A stretch of 64,000 nucleotides of DNA from an uncultured Bacilli bacterium (lineage in GTDB: Bacteria > Bacillota_I > Bacilli_A > RF39 > UBA660), in contig CALVVF010000001.1 of NCBI GenBank assembly GCA_944363785.1, forward strand, positions 70,176 to 134,175, in the 5' to 3' direction. This document shows positions 10,502 to 20,423 of the stretch, piece after piece. A model generated the notes under the pieces. It saw nothing but the letters and a program-made list of their open reading frames with translations. It was not told the DNA's origin and made no database searches. The position numbers were made by a program, and so were the translations under genes. Each line of letters starts with the position of its first letter. Within the stretch, counting starts at the first letter, position 1.

Positions 10502-11764
10502 ATGCAGGATAAATATATTAGCATCAGTCAATTAACTCGCTATATCAAGTTTAAATTTGATCATGATGAGCATCTACTTCATGTGTTTTTAAAGGGAGAA
10601 ATTTCGAATTTTAAAGCCCATACACGTGGGCATTATTATTTTACCTTAAAAGATGAAACTTCCAGGATTAATGCCGTTATGTTTGCTTCTTCTACAGCTA
10701 AACTAAAATTTAGACCAACTGATGGAATGAAAGTTCTAGTAACCGGAAGAATCAGTGTCTATGAAGCAACAGGTGGTTATCAAATCTATGTTGAAGATAT
10801 GGTAGAAGATGGAGTAGGAAACTTATATGTTCAGTTTGAAGAGTTAAAAAAGAAACTTCAACAAGAAGGATTATTCGATCCAGCTAAGAAAAAGAAAATT
10901 CCAAAAATTCCTAAGACAGTAGGTATTATTACCGCACCAACGGGAGCCGCAATTAAAGATATCTTATCGACGATTAACCGAAGATGGCCAATCACTAAGA
11001 CCATTTTATTTCCTAGTTTAGTTCAAGGTGCTTCTGCCGCACCAGAGATTATTAAACAAATAGAAAAAGCACAAGAATATGATTTAGATGTACTGATTGT
11101 TGGACGTGGTGGTGGATCGATCGAGGACATGTGGTGTTTCAATGACGAACAAGTCGCAAGAGCGATTTATGCTTGTAAAATCCCAGTAATTTCCGCTGTT
11201 GGCCATGAGATTGATTTTACAATTGCCGATTTTGTTGCCGATCTAAGAGCCCCAACCCCAACGGGAGCGGCTGAAATGGCAGTACCGAATGTCCATGATT
11301 TCTATCAATATTTTGGACAAGTAGAACTTCGTTTAAAACAAGCGATGGCTACTTTAATTTCCACCAAAAAAGATCAACTATCTACCCTAAAGAGAAGTTA
11401 CATTCTAACGAACCCAATTGCCATGTACCAAGTAAAAGAACAAAAATTCGACAGTTTATTTGAAAAAATTTGTCTGTTGATGAATTCCATTCTCACAAAA
11501 GAAAAAACAGAGTATGAAAATGTAAAACAAAAATTAGAAACCAATATTCAAAAAGTACTAGAAAACGAAAAAAATCGTTATCTTCATGCCTTAAACAAGC
11601 TAGAAATACTAAACCCTCTATTAACGATTAAACGAGGGTATAGTATTACTCGTAACAACGATCATGTGATTACTAGTATAAAACATGTAAAACCACAAGA
11701 TAAAATCGAAATTGAAGTAACTGACGGTTTAATTGAAGCCAAAGTAGAGGAGGTAAAATCATGA
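10502..11764 (+). CDS. xseA: Exodeoxyribonuclease VII large subunit
   Basis: 420 aa with an OB-fold N-terminus and catalytic core (GRGGGS). Translationally coupled to xseB by an ATGA overlap. Confidence 0.9.
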   Translation: MQDKYISISQLTRYIKFKFDHDEHLLHVFLKGEISNFKAHTRGHYYFTLKDETSRINAVMFASSTAKLKFRPTDGMKVLVTGRISVYEATGGYQIYVEDMVEDGVGNLYVQFEELKKKLQQEGLFDPAKKKKIPKIPKTVGIITAPTGAAIKDILSTINRRWPITKTILFPSLVQGASAAPEIIKQIEKAQEYDLDVLIVGRGGGSIEDMWCFNDEQVARAIYACKIPVISAVGHEIDFTIADFVADLRAPTPTGAAEMAVPNVHDFYQYFGQVELRLKQAMATLISTKKDQLSTLKRSYILTNPIAMYQVKEQKFDSLFEKICLLMNSILTKEKTEYENVKQKLETNIQKVLENEKNRYLHALNKLEILNPLLTIKRGYSITRNNDHVITSIKHVKPQDKIEIEVTDGLIEAKVEEVKS

Positions 11765-12000
11765 CTAAAGCTAATGAAAAACTAGAAGAATTATCTTTTG
11801 AAGAAAATTTAAGTAAACTAGAAGAGATCGTAAAAAACTTAGAAAGTGGCAATGTACCATTAGATGATGCGATTAACGAATTTCATGAAGCGATGAAAAT
11901 GGTAAAAGTTTGCGACAAAAAATTAAAAAATGCTGAAGATAGTATTCATAAAATTTTAAATAAAGATGGAAAATTAGAAGATTTCTCGATTGAAGAGTAA
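11761..12000 (+). CDS. xseB: Exodeoxyribonuclease VII small subunit
   Basis: 79 aa helical protein (FEENLSKLEEIVKNLESGNVPLDDAI) overlapping the xseA stop. Confidence 0.85.
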   Translation: MTKANEKLEELSFEENLSKLEEIVKNLESGNVPLDDAINEFHEAMKMVKVCDKKLKNAEDSIHKILNKDGKLEDFSIEE

Positions 12001-12102
12001 TCTTTTTTCTTATTTATCACAATTGGTATTTTTTACATCGATTAATTTTTTTAAGGCTAATCATAATAATAATGTAGTGTATTTTTAAAAGGAGTTGATG
12101 TC

Positions 12103-13095
12103 ATGCATTTTAAAAAGAAACTACAGATTGTATTCCTTCTTCTTTTTAGTTTATTTCCATCTATAGTATTTGCTTATTCTGATTATGTTATACCAGGTGG
12201 AGAAAATATCGGGATTAAGATGAATGCCAAATATGTTTCCATTGTCGGCTTTTACGAAGTAAACGGTACGTATATCGGGGAAAATGCCGGTTTTAAAGTA
12301 GGAGACATGATCACAGAAATTAACGGTGAAAAGGTAGATTCTATCGATCAGATGATCCGTTTGGTCGATAAATACAAAAATGAAGAAATAACCGTTAAAT
12401 TTATCCGTGGTAATGAAGAAAAATCCACAACTTTAGCTTTAGAAGTCGACGAAAGTGGAATTTATAAGACCGGATTGTACGTAAAAGATCAGATTAATGG
12501 TATTGGTACACTGACTTACATCGATCCCAATAGTCGGATCTATGGCGCATTAGGACATGAAATTGCCGATAAAAATACATTACAAAAAGTAGAAATTAAA
12601 GATGGAGAAATCTATACCTCAGAAATAACCGGAATTAAGCCGTCAAAAGATGGAGAACCAGGTGAAAAACAAGCCAAAATTTATCGTGATGAAGCAATCG
12701 GAAATATCGAAGCGAATGAAGAAAGCGGTATCTTTGGTACCATAACGAGTGAGTTTTCAGCGAGTGACGCTATCGAGGTAGGGAAACCAGAAGATGTCAA
12801 ACCTGGAAAGGCGACGATCAGAACCGTAATCGATAAAGACAATATAGAAGAGTTTGATATTGAAATCTTAGAAGTCGATAGAACAAGTACAACCAAAAAC
12901 ATTCTGTTTGAAATAACCGATGCAGAATTATTAGAAAAAACCGGAGGAGTAGTTGCCGGAATGAGCGGTAGTCCAATCATACAGAATGGAAAAATCATCG
13001 GAGGTGTTACCCATGTCGTCGTTAATGACTCGGATAAGGGATATGGTATTTTTATTACGACAATGTTAGAAGAAGGAGATAAAAAGAGTGGCTAA
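12103..13095 (+). CDS. spoIVB: SpoIVB-type sporulation serine peptidase (S55), 330 aa
   Basis: Signal/TM, PDZ domain (VIPGGENIGIKM...GFKVGDMITEINGEKV) and the S55 catalytic region GMSGSPIIQNGKIIGGVTHVV. Confidence 0.8.
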   Translation: MHFKKKLQIVFLLLFSLFPSIVFAYSDYVIPGGENIGIKMNAKYVSIVGFYEVNGTYIGENAGFKVGDMITEINGEKVDSIDQMIRLVDKYKNEEITVKFIRGNEEKSTTLALEVDESGIYKTGLYVKDQINGIGTLTYIDPNSRIYGALGHEIADKNTLQKVEIKDGEIYTSEITGIKPSKDGEPGEKQAKIYRDEAIGNIEANEESGIFGTITSEFSASDAIEVGKPEDVKPGKATIRTVIDKDNIEEFDIEILEVDRTSTTKNILFEITDAELLEKTGGVVAGMSGSPIIQNGKIIGGVTHVVVNDSDKGYGIFITTMLEEGDKKSG

Positions 13096-13149
13096 GCACT
13101 CTTTTTACTATATAACAGATTCATAAATCATTTATCTCATGAGTCGATG

Positions 13150-13965
13150 TTATTCAAAGCTTATAACTAATTCTGGCTTCTCATTAAGTTTTATTTCGTC
13201 TTCTATAATCGGTTTTTTAATCGAACAATAATGACCATCTTTTATCTTTGATAGAAACTCATATTCTAACTTGATTTTTTGCATATACCAATTAAAACTT
13301 AAATCTTGGTAATATATATTAAAGATAAAATCATATTTTTGAAATTTTAAATTTAATAAGAATTGGATAAATCTTTCTTCATTTTTTTCCAATAAACCCT
13401 GTTTATCATCTAACTCATAGCAATAATCTTCTTCTAGTATATCACTGCTAATTTGAATATAACATTTTCTAGTAGTATTCATACCAACATTTTTAATACC
13501 TAAAATAATTTCACCCCTTTGTCCATCAGAAGTGATAATTGTATCAAGACACTTTGTATTTAAATCATCAGGAGCTTGTGCCTCAAAAGTATATCTTAAT
13601 AATGGCAAATTATTAATTCTTCTTTCCTCTTTATTTAGTTCCTCATTATCTTCTGTTGTTCTCTTTAATTGCATCATTGTTATAAAAAACAAAATAATGC
13701 CACTAAAAGACTCCATTATTATACTACCACCATATGTAGCTAAGATAGATAACCAATTTTGTGTATCTACATTTTTATCCCAATTTAAAAGTGTCGGAAT
13801 ATTGTATCTATCCAAATAATATAAAAGAATTACAAAAATCTCCATTACAAAAAATAAAATAAAAAATACCTTTTCTAGAAAACTTTCGCATTTATGATAA
13901 TATTTAATACAAAAATAACATGAAAAAGCTAAAATAATTACAGTTACTATTATCTGCAAAAACAT
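13150..13965 (-). CDS. Hypothetical membrane protein (271 aa)
   Basis: Several N-terminal TM helices. No recognisable motif. Confidence 0.4.
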   Translation of the reverse strand: MFLQIIVTVIILAFSCYFCIKYYHKCESFLEKVFFILFFVMEIFVILLYYLDRYNIPTLLNWDKNVDTQNWLSILATYGGSIIMESFSGIILFFITMMQLKRTTEDNEELNKEERRINNLPLLRYTFEAQAPDDLNTKCLDTIITSDGQRGEIILGIKNVGMNTTRKCYIQISSDILEEDYCYELDDKQGLLEKNEERFIQFLLNLKFQKYDFIFNIYYQDLSFNWYMQKIKLEYEFLSKIKDGHYCSIKKPIIEDEIKLNEKPELVISFE

Positions 13966-14171
13966 AAGATCACCTACTTGGTTGGATATTATAACACAGT
14001 AAATAGTTTTTTTCTATTATTTTAAGTTAGCTTCAAACTTTTTCTTTGTAATAATTTTAAAAATACCTCAGTATCTATAATCAAATCTTATTCTAATTTC
14101 TTCATTTCAATTGACAAATCAGTAAGTTTTTGACTATAATGATAGTATATTAGGAGGGAGTAAGATGGAAG

Positions 14172-14537
14172 ATGGATAATCAAATCAATACTGAACAACA
14201 AGTAGTAACCGAACAAGTAAATACAACTGTGCCAAATCAACCAGAAGAGCCCAAGAAAAAAGAAAGAAAGAAGAAAAAACGTAGTGTACTAAGTATTATT
14301 TTTAATATCTTAGGTATCATCGTCATTTTAATTTTAATTGCTGAACTTGTAATTGGATTTTTAAATATGCAAAAATTAAGTGAAGGTGAAGAACCAGTAT
14401 GGTGCTTAGAGGATAAAACAGAAGAAAAAGAAAACAAAACAACAAGAACTTGTAATTTAGGTTTATATCGTATTGTAAAAACCGATACCGATAGAGAAAC
14501 TAAAATCACACTACAACCGTTCTTTCTAGGCGAATAA
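14172..14537 (+). CDS. Hypothetical small membrane protein (121 aa)
   Basis: AGGAGGGA RBS at 14152-14159. Lys-rich segment then one TM helix. A hairpin terminator follows at ~14553-14590. Confidence 0.45.
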   Translation: MDNQINTEQQVVTEQVNTTVPNQPEEPKKKERKKKKRSVLSIIFNILGIIVILILIAELVIGFLNMQKLSEGEEPVWCLEDKTEEKENKTTRTCNLGLYRIVKTDTDRETKITLQPFFLGE

Positions 14538-14589
14538 GTAAATTAAAAAAACAAAAAACGTAGAAGAGATACATACTTTTCTACGTTTT

Positions 14590-14682
14590 CTATTGGAAAT
14601 AAATAATTACACTAGCGACCATAGATCCAACCATAATTAATGTTAGAAAAACAGCCATAAACTTCAACATTTTTTTGTTCAT
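14590..14682 (-). CDS. Candidate small hydrophobic peptide (30 aa, MNKKMLKFMAVFLTLIMVGSMVASVIIYFQ)
   Basis: GAGGTG RBS 8 nt upstream of the ATG on the minus strand. One predicted TM helix. Not in the ORF track because it is too short. Confidence 0.25.
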   Translation of the reverse strand: MNKKMLKFMAVFLTLIMVGSMVASVIIYFQ

Positions 14683-14781
14683 TAAAAACACCTCGTACTT
14701 ATTATATATCGTTTTTTTAAAAAAGTAAATTTATCGGTATATTCTTTTTATTTTTTAATATAGTTAATTAGGTGAAGAAAA

Positions 14782-15399
14782 ATGAATAGAAAAAAAATAA
14801 ATAAAGACAAGCTATTGGCACAAAAAAAGCAATATCTATTTTTAATTACGATTATGGCACTAGGCATACTTGCAGGTATTTTATTTGTTTTCTTTATCAG
14901 TAGTGAGGATAAAACATTATTATTAGATAACTTAAATCATTTTTTTACTAGTATTAAAGAGAATAAATTAAATTATACAGATAGTCTAATCAATAGTATA
15001 TCCTCTAATATACTATCTATTATATTAATCTGGTTATTAGGTATATCTGTAATAGGGATTCCTTTTATCCTTGGGTTTATGATCTTTAAAGGATTTGTAT
15101 TAGGGTTTTCCATTAGTTCTATTCTAGTAAATTATGGTTTTAAAGGAATATTAGTCGCGATTAGTTATATTTTTCCCCATCATATTATTTATTTAATTAT
15201 GTGGCTATTATTAGGTTTCTATGCACTATCTTTTTCTTGTAAATTATTTAAACTATTATTCTTAAAGAAGAATGTAAACTTAAAAGAACACTTCAGAAAA
15301 TATTTAAAAATACTAGTACTCTGTCTATTAGTTAGTTGTATTCTTTCTCTTTTTGAAGTATACGTTACACCTAGTTTGATAAATCTGTTTATTTTCTAA
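14782..15399 (+). CDS. spoIIM: Stage II sporulation protein M-like integral membrane protein (205 aa)
   Basis: Size, N-terminal Lys-rich segment and 5-6 TM helices match SpoIIM/DUF95 architecture. Placement is among sporulation genes. Confidence 0.5.
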   Translation: MNRKKINKDKLLAQKKQYLFLITIMALGILAGILFVFFISSEDKTLLLDNLNHFFTSIKENKLNYTDSLINSISSNILSIILIWLLGISVIGIPFILGFMIFKGFVLGFSISSILVNYGFKGILVAISYIFPHHIIYLIMWLLLGFYALSFSCKLFKLLFLKKNVNLKEHFRKYLKILVLCLLVSCILSLFEVYVTPSLINLFIF

Positions 15400-15488
15400 G
15401 TAAAATACGATATAATAGATGTTAGTGAAATTAAAAATGAATAAATAAAAAAAGGTGGTGTAAGACGAGATATACTCGGATATACAGT

Positions 15489-16595
15489 ATGAAAAAAGTA
15501 GTAATTGGAATGAGTGGGGGAGTAGATAGTAGTGTCGCAGCTATTCTTCTAAAAGAACAAGGATATGAAGTAGAAGGACTATTTATGAGAAACTGGGATT
15601 CTTCTATAAATGGAGATTTCTTAGGGAATCCGAATTTAAATGATGGTATATGTCCTCAAGAACAAGATTATAATGATGCTTTAGCTGTATGTGAAAAAAT
15701 CGGTATTCCCCTTCACAGAATCGATTTTGTGAAAGAATACTGGGATTATGTTTTTGTCTATTTCTTAGATGAGTTAAAAAAAGGACGTACACCTAATCCA
15801 GATATTATGTGTAATAAGTATATTAAATTTGATTATTTTATTCGTGAAGCTAAACGATTAGGAGCAGACTATATCGCAACCGGTCATTATGCTAGAATTA
15901 AGGATGGACAACTACTTAGAGCCGTCGATACAAACAAGGATCAAACGTACTTTTTATCACAACTTAATCAAGAACAGTTAAGTAAAGTACTTTTCCCAAT
16001 AGGAGAACTAACGAAACCAGAAGTAAGAAAGATCGCTGAAAAATATGGGTTAATTACAGCCAAAAAGAAAGACTCTACAGGAATTTGTTTCATCGGTGAA
16101 AGAAACTTTAAAAACTTCTTAAAAAATTACTTGCCTAATCAGCCAGGTAAAATTGTCAATATCGAAACTAACGAAGTTGTAGGAGATCACATTGGTTTGA
16201 TGTATTATACGATAGGGCAGAGAAGGGGACTTGAAGTAGGGGGAACCGAAGAAAGATTATTTGTAGTAGGGAAAAATTTACAAGAGAATATTTTATATGT
16301 TGCCTTAGGTGAAGATAATCCATATTTATATTCAAATAGTTGTATTATCGATACAGTTAACTTTAATACCAATGAACGTCCAACTAAGTGCAGTGCTAAA
16401 TTCCGTTATCGTGCACCTGATCATCCGGTTACATTAGAATATTTAGATAATGGAGAAATAAAAGTAAAATACGATGCCGTTAAATCCGTCACACCAGGAC
16501 AAGCTTGTGTCGTTTATGATAACGAGAAATGTATCGGTGGCGGTATCGTAAAAACAGTATGTAAAGACGATGAAAAACTTTGGTATATATTGTAA
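15489..16595 (+). CDS. mnmA: tRNA-specific 2-thiouridylase MnmA
   Basis: PP-loop SGGVDSS at the N-terminus, catalytic Cys region and 368 aa length. Confidence 0.9.
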   Translation: MKKVVIGMSGGVDSSVAAILLKEQGYEVEGLFMRNWDSSINGDFLGNPNLNDGICPQEQDYNDALAVCEKIGIPLHRIDFVKEYWDYVFVYFLDELKKGRTPNPDIMCNKYIKFDYFIREAKRLGADYIATGHYARIKDGQLLRAVDTNKDQTYFLSQLNQEQLSKVLFPIGELTKPEVRKIAEKYGLITAKKKDSTGICFIGERNFKNFLKNYLPNQPGKIVNIETNEVVGDHIGLMYYTIGQRRGLEVGGTEERLFVVGKNLQENILYVALGEDNPYLYSNSCIIDTVNFNTNERPTKCSAKFRYRAPDHPVTLEYLDNGEIKVKYDAVKSVTPGQACVVYDNEKCIGGGIVKTVCKDDEKLWYIL

Positions 16596-16657
16596 ATAAT
16601 TTGTAAACTTTACTACTTGATTTTTTAGGCAAAAGTGATAGAATTATATTAGGAGGT

Positions 16658-17434
16658 TTGATGAGTAGTATGGCACTTAGCGAATTATTAATAGAACTAG
16701 GAATATCTAAAGTAAGATTAGCAAAATATTTAGGGGTATCCAGACAGATGCTGTATAATTATTTAGCTCAAAAAAACCTAAGTGATTGGCCTAAAGAAAA
16801 ATCAATGAAAATATTATGTTTACTAGGAGTTAATTCACCAGAAGAAATGGAAAACATCAAAGTAGATGGTGAATATATCATCCAAGTAGAAAATAGATTA
16901 AACGATGGGGTTAAAGAAGCAAGTGGTAAAGAAATTTTAACAGATTTAAAAGGATTTAATAAAAAAGAACAAGAATTATTGACAGATATTATTAATTTGT
17001 TAAAAGAAAAATTAGCAGATGATAAATCTAAAGATACGTATAATAGTTATCGTTATCTATATCATTTTTTACAATCGATGGAAACAAATAAGGAATTAAA
17101 GTATATTTTAGCTTATATGTCTAAATCGATGGGCTTTATTGATCATACTGAATATGCATTTAATGAAAATCAGCAGTTTATCTTTGAAAGTATTTTATTT
17201 TCAGCTATAACTTTATATACAAATGGTGGTGCATCTAGGGCAAAAATTGCAGAAACTCATAGACGATTTGTTCAAGAAATTGAACACAAAAAAGAAGAAA
17301 AATTAAGTAGAACACAAGAGTTAAATGCAGCTAAGGTACAAGCACTAAAAGAATTAGGTTACACTGAAATTAATAATGATAATGCTAAAGAAGTATTAGA
17401 TAAAATAGCCGAAATTATGTCTAGAAAAGTATAA
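16658..17434 (+). CDS. Helix-turn-helix domain protein (258 aa)
   Basis: N-terminal XRE-like HTH (LAKYLGVSRQMLYNYL) followed by an uncharacterised helical domain. Confidence 0.5.
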   Translation: MMSSMALSELLIELGISKVRLAKYLGVSRQMLYNYLAQKNLSDWPKEKSMKILCLLGVNSPEEMENIKVDGEYIIQVENRLNDGVKEASGKEILTDLKGFNKKEQELLTDIINLLKEKLADDKSKDTYNSYRYLYHFLQSMETNKELKYILAYMSKSMGFIDHTEYAFNENQQFIFESILFSAITLYTNGGASRAKIAETHRRFVQEIEHKKEEKLSRTQELNAAKVQALKELGYTEINNDNAKEVLDKIAEIMSRKV

Positions 17435-18054
17435 AATAAATAGAATAGGGGAAGCATCAACAACTCCCCTATTTATTTTTTCTTTTTTTTTACCCTATTA
17501 CTATATTACTACCCTTTGCTTATGATTAATTCTATATAACCCTATATATTTCATTCAATTCATTTTAATAAAACAATCTATATAGTAAGTAAGGAATACA
17601 GTAATACTTAAATAATGGATTAACTATGTTTTATAGTGTTCTAATGATTAATCGATCAATTAGCCAGTTAGGGTAAGATTAAATTAAATTAACGTTATAT
17701 AGTATAGAAAAACATGTTTTAAATGGATAATAAGACCATAGATAGATAAATAAAAAGTAATCAATAGTATAATAAGTATGATCCTAAATAATAAATAATC
17801 ATATTCATTATATATAATATATAATAATCAATCATTTTAAATAAATACATTTATAGGATAAGTTATCGATTAATTATAAGCTACAGAGAATAAATTTTAA
17901 AGCATTTAACTAGGTATTATATAGTAAATTAAGGAGAAAATTATCTTCTATCGTTACTTCGTATAATTAATATTATGTTAACTTCTTAAAAGTGAACTAT
18001 ATTATTATGTATATAATCCCCTCAATTGTCCATATTATTAATGGAGGTTTTATC

Positions 18055-18234
18055 ATGAATAATAATCAAAAGATTAAATGTCATGTTAGCTCTTGCCAAT
18101 ATCAAGATTGTAATTGTTGTACTTTAACTGAAATACAGGTTGGTTGTAGTGATCAATGTCAAAATGCAACTAATCAAGAACGAACAGTATGCAAGAGTTT
18201 TAAATGTGATAAGAAAAATAGCACTAATTCGTAG
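18055..18234 (+). CDS. Small cysteine-rich DUF1540-like protein (59 aa)
   Basis: IKCHVSSCQYQDCNCCTLTEIQV ... TVCKSFKC resembles two DUF1540 C-x-V-x2-C-x-Y half-motifs. GGAGG at 18043-18047 lies 7 nt before ATG 18055. The track ORF 17992 start is probably too long. Confidence 0.55.
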   Translation: MNNNQKIKCHVSSCQYQDCNCCTLTEIQVGCSDQCQNATNQERTVCKSFKCDKKNSTNS

Positions 18235-18236
18235 TG

Positions 18237-19403
18237 CTATTTTAATTTATCTAAAAAGCCAGTTCCAATTAATGGTTGCATAGTATCAAAGTTTTGGGTA
18301 ATTGTTGCCCCAATATTTGCCATCGAGTCTAAAATATCTAATTTTTTAGGCTCTTTTAAGTTTCTACCAAATATAAGAACAGGAACATTTTCTCTAGTAT
18401 GTCCATTGCCTGGGAATGTTGGATCACAACCATGATCAGCAGTAAGGATAAGTAAATCATCCATATCGAGTTTATTGATGATCATAGGTATTTCTACATC
18501 GAACTCTTCTATTGCTTTAGCATAGCCTTCTAAATCACGTTTATGCCCATATTCTTGATCAAAATCATTCAAATTACATACACATAAACCTGTAAAGTTC
18601 TTTCCCATGATATCCGTTAATTTATTAATCGCTTCTGTATTATCTTTAGCTTTAATCTTTTTAGTAATCCCTTCCCCATCGAAAACATCCGCAATTTTAC
18701 CAATCGAAATTACTGATAATCCTCTCTCACTTAATAAATTAAAAATACTTTTCGTTGGAGGTTTTAACGCAAATTCACATTTTTCATTCGTAAACTTAAA
18801 GTTACCAGGTTTTCCTGTAAATACCCTAGCAATTACCCTACCCACTTTTAACTCTTCAGTTAAGGTAATTTGTCTTATTTTTTCTGCATATTCATATAAT
18901 TTAGCTACCGGTACAATATCCTCATGCGCCGCAATACATAAATTAGATCCATTTGAAGTATAAAGAATTAAAAAACCATATTCTAAATGTCTTTCTCCTA
19001 ATTCATTGATAATATCTAATCCATTAGCATTCTTATTCCCAATTACTCGGCGCTGAGTAATATTTTCTATTTTATCCAATAATTCTCTTGGAAAACCATT
19101 TTCTGTAAATTGTTTAAATGGTACTAAATTTCTAACACCCATCAATTCATAATGCCCAGTCAAGGTATCTTTTCCTGGATTAGTGGGACGAGCAATCGTA
19201 TAATACGCTTCTACATTAGGATTTTCATCCATATTTAAGGTATTTAGAAACCCTAACTTTTGTAAGTTAGGAACGAATAGATCATATTTTTCTTTAATAT
19301 GACCAAGTGTATTTGCTCCTTGATCCCCATAGTTATTCGCATCCAGTGCCTCCCCTACTCCTAATGAATCCATTACTATTAAAAATATACGTCTAAATTT
19401 CAT
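18237..19403 (-). CDS. deoB: Phosphopentomutase
   Basis: 388 aa. N-terminal metal-binding MDSLGVGE signature of DeoB. Adjacent to xerD as in B. subtilis ripX-drm. Confidence 0.9.
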   Translation of the reverse strand: MKFRRIFLIVMDSLGVGEALDANNYGDQGANTLGHIKEKYDLFVPNLQKLGFLNTLNMDENPNVEAYYTIARPTNPGKDTLTGHYELMGVRNLVPFKQFTENGFPRELLDKIENITQRRVIGNKNANGLDIINELGERHLEYGFLILYTSNGSNLCIAAHEDIVPVAKLYEYAEKIRQITLTEELKVGRVIARVFTGKPGNFKFTNEKCEFALKPPTKSIFNLLSERGLSVISIGKIADVFDGEGITKKIKAKDNTEAINKLTDIMGKNFTGLCVCNLNDFDQEYGHKRDLEGYAKAIEEFDVEIPMIINKLDMDDLLILTADHGCDPTFPGNGHTRENVPVLIFGRNLKEPKKLDILDSMANIGATITQNFDTMQPLIGTGFLDKLK

Positions 19404-19405
19404 CT

Positions 19406-20302
19406 TTAATCATCGTCCTTTCTTGGGTGATATTCTTCATAATCATTTCTAACTTTTTGATTGGTAATATGGGTATAAATCCTAGTCGTTGCGATATCTG
19501 TATGTCCTAACATCTCTTGAATTACTCTAAGATCTGCTCCATTTTCTAACAGATGAGTAGCAAAGCTATGTCGTAAAGTATGGGGAGAAACATTAGGATT
19601 TAAATTCTTTTTGATTAAAAGCTCTTTTAAGATCTTAAAAAAACCTTGCCTAGTAATCGGTTTACCATGATTATTTAGAAATAATTCAGGATAGCTTTTC
19701 TTCTTTTCTAAAAGTACTCTTTTTTCTAAATATGCGTGTAGAGCTTCAATAACATAGTCATTAATAGGAACAATTCTTTCTTTTCTACCCTTTCCTGTAC
19801 ATCTTACAGTACAGTTAATCATATCGATATCGTTTAACGTTAAACTTAATAATTCACTAATTCTAAGTCCTGTTCCGTATAACAATTCTAACATAGCTTT
19901 ATTTCGATAGTCAAATGGTGTATTTAAAGGAATATCTAACAGTTGATCTACTTCTTCTGGTGTTAATGTATTAGGCAGTTGTCTACGTAATTTAGGACGT
20001 TCAATATTCTTAGAAACATCTTCTTTTAAATAACCGATTTTTAAAAAATACTTATGAAAATTCTTAATTACCGTAATCGCATGAGCAATCGATTGTGGAC
20101 TGATCTGCTTGTCTTTTAAATAGATTAAATAAGAAGTAATATCTGCTGTTTTTACTTCTTTAATATCCGAAATATTTTTCTCATGTAAAAAAGTACAATA
20201 CTTTTCTAATTCTAAACGATAAGATTCTTTAGTATTCATTGTTAAATGTTGTTCGACTAATACATACTGTAAATATCCTTCTCTTTGTTTATCTAGTTTC
20301 AT
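19406..20302 (-). CDS. xerD: Tyrosine site-specific recombinase XerD-type (chromosome dimer resolution)
   Basis: R..H..R..Y catalytic set (LRHSFATHLLENGADLRVIQEMLGH...TRIYTH). 298 aa. Synteny with deoB. Confidence 0.75.
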   Translation of the reverse strand: MKLDKQREGYLQYVLVEQHLTMNTKESYRLELEKYCTFLHEKNISDIKEVKTADITSYLIYLKDKQISPQSIAHAITVIKNFHKYFLKIGYLKEDVSKNIERPKLRRQLPNTLTPEEVDQLLDIPLNTPFDYRNKAMLELLYGTGLRISELLSLTLNDIDMINCTVRCTGKGRKERIVPINDYVIEALHAYLEKRVLLEKKKSYPELFLNNHGKPITRQGFFKILKELLIKKNLNPNVSPHTLRHSFATHLLENGADLRVIQEMLGHTDIATTRIYTHITNQKVRNDYEEYHPRKDDD

Positions 20303-20423
20303 AAAACTACCCCACTACATTTAGTATTATACCATACTTTATGACTTCAACTGGCATTTTTTTGTTATTTTTGTTAAAATAATAATGCAGTTATGTTACT
20401 AAATAGAAGGGAAGATGTTTTAG

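Noticed and set aside
19406-20302. Tyrosine recombinase as a sign of a mobile element or prophage
   Set aside because: Sequence and synteny with deoB match chromosomal XerD (ripX), which resolves chromosome dimers. No phage or IS genes are nearby.
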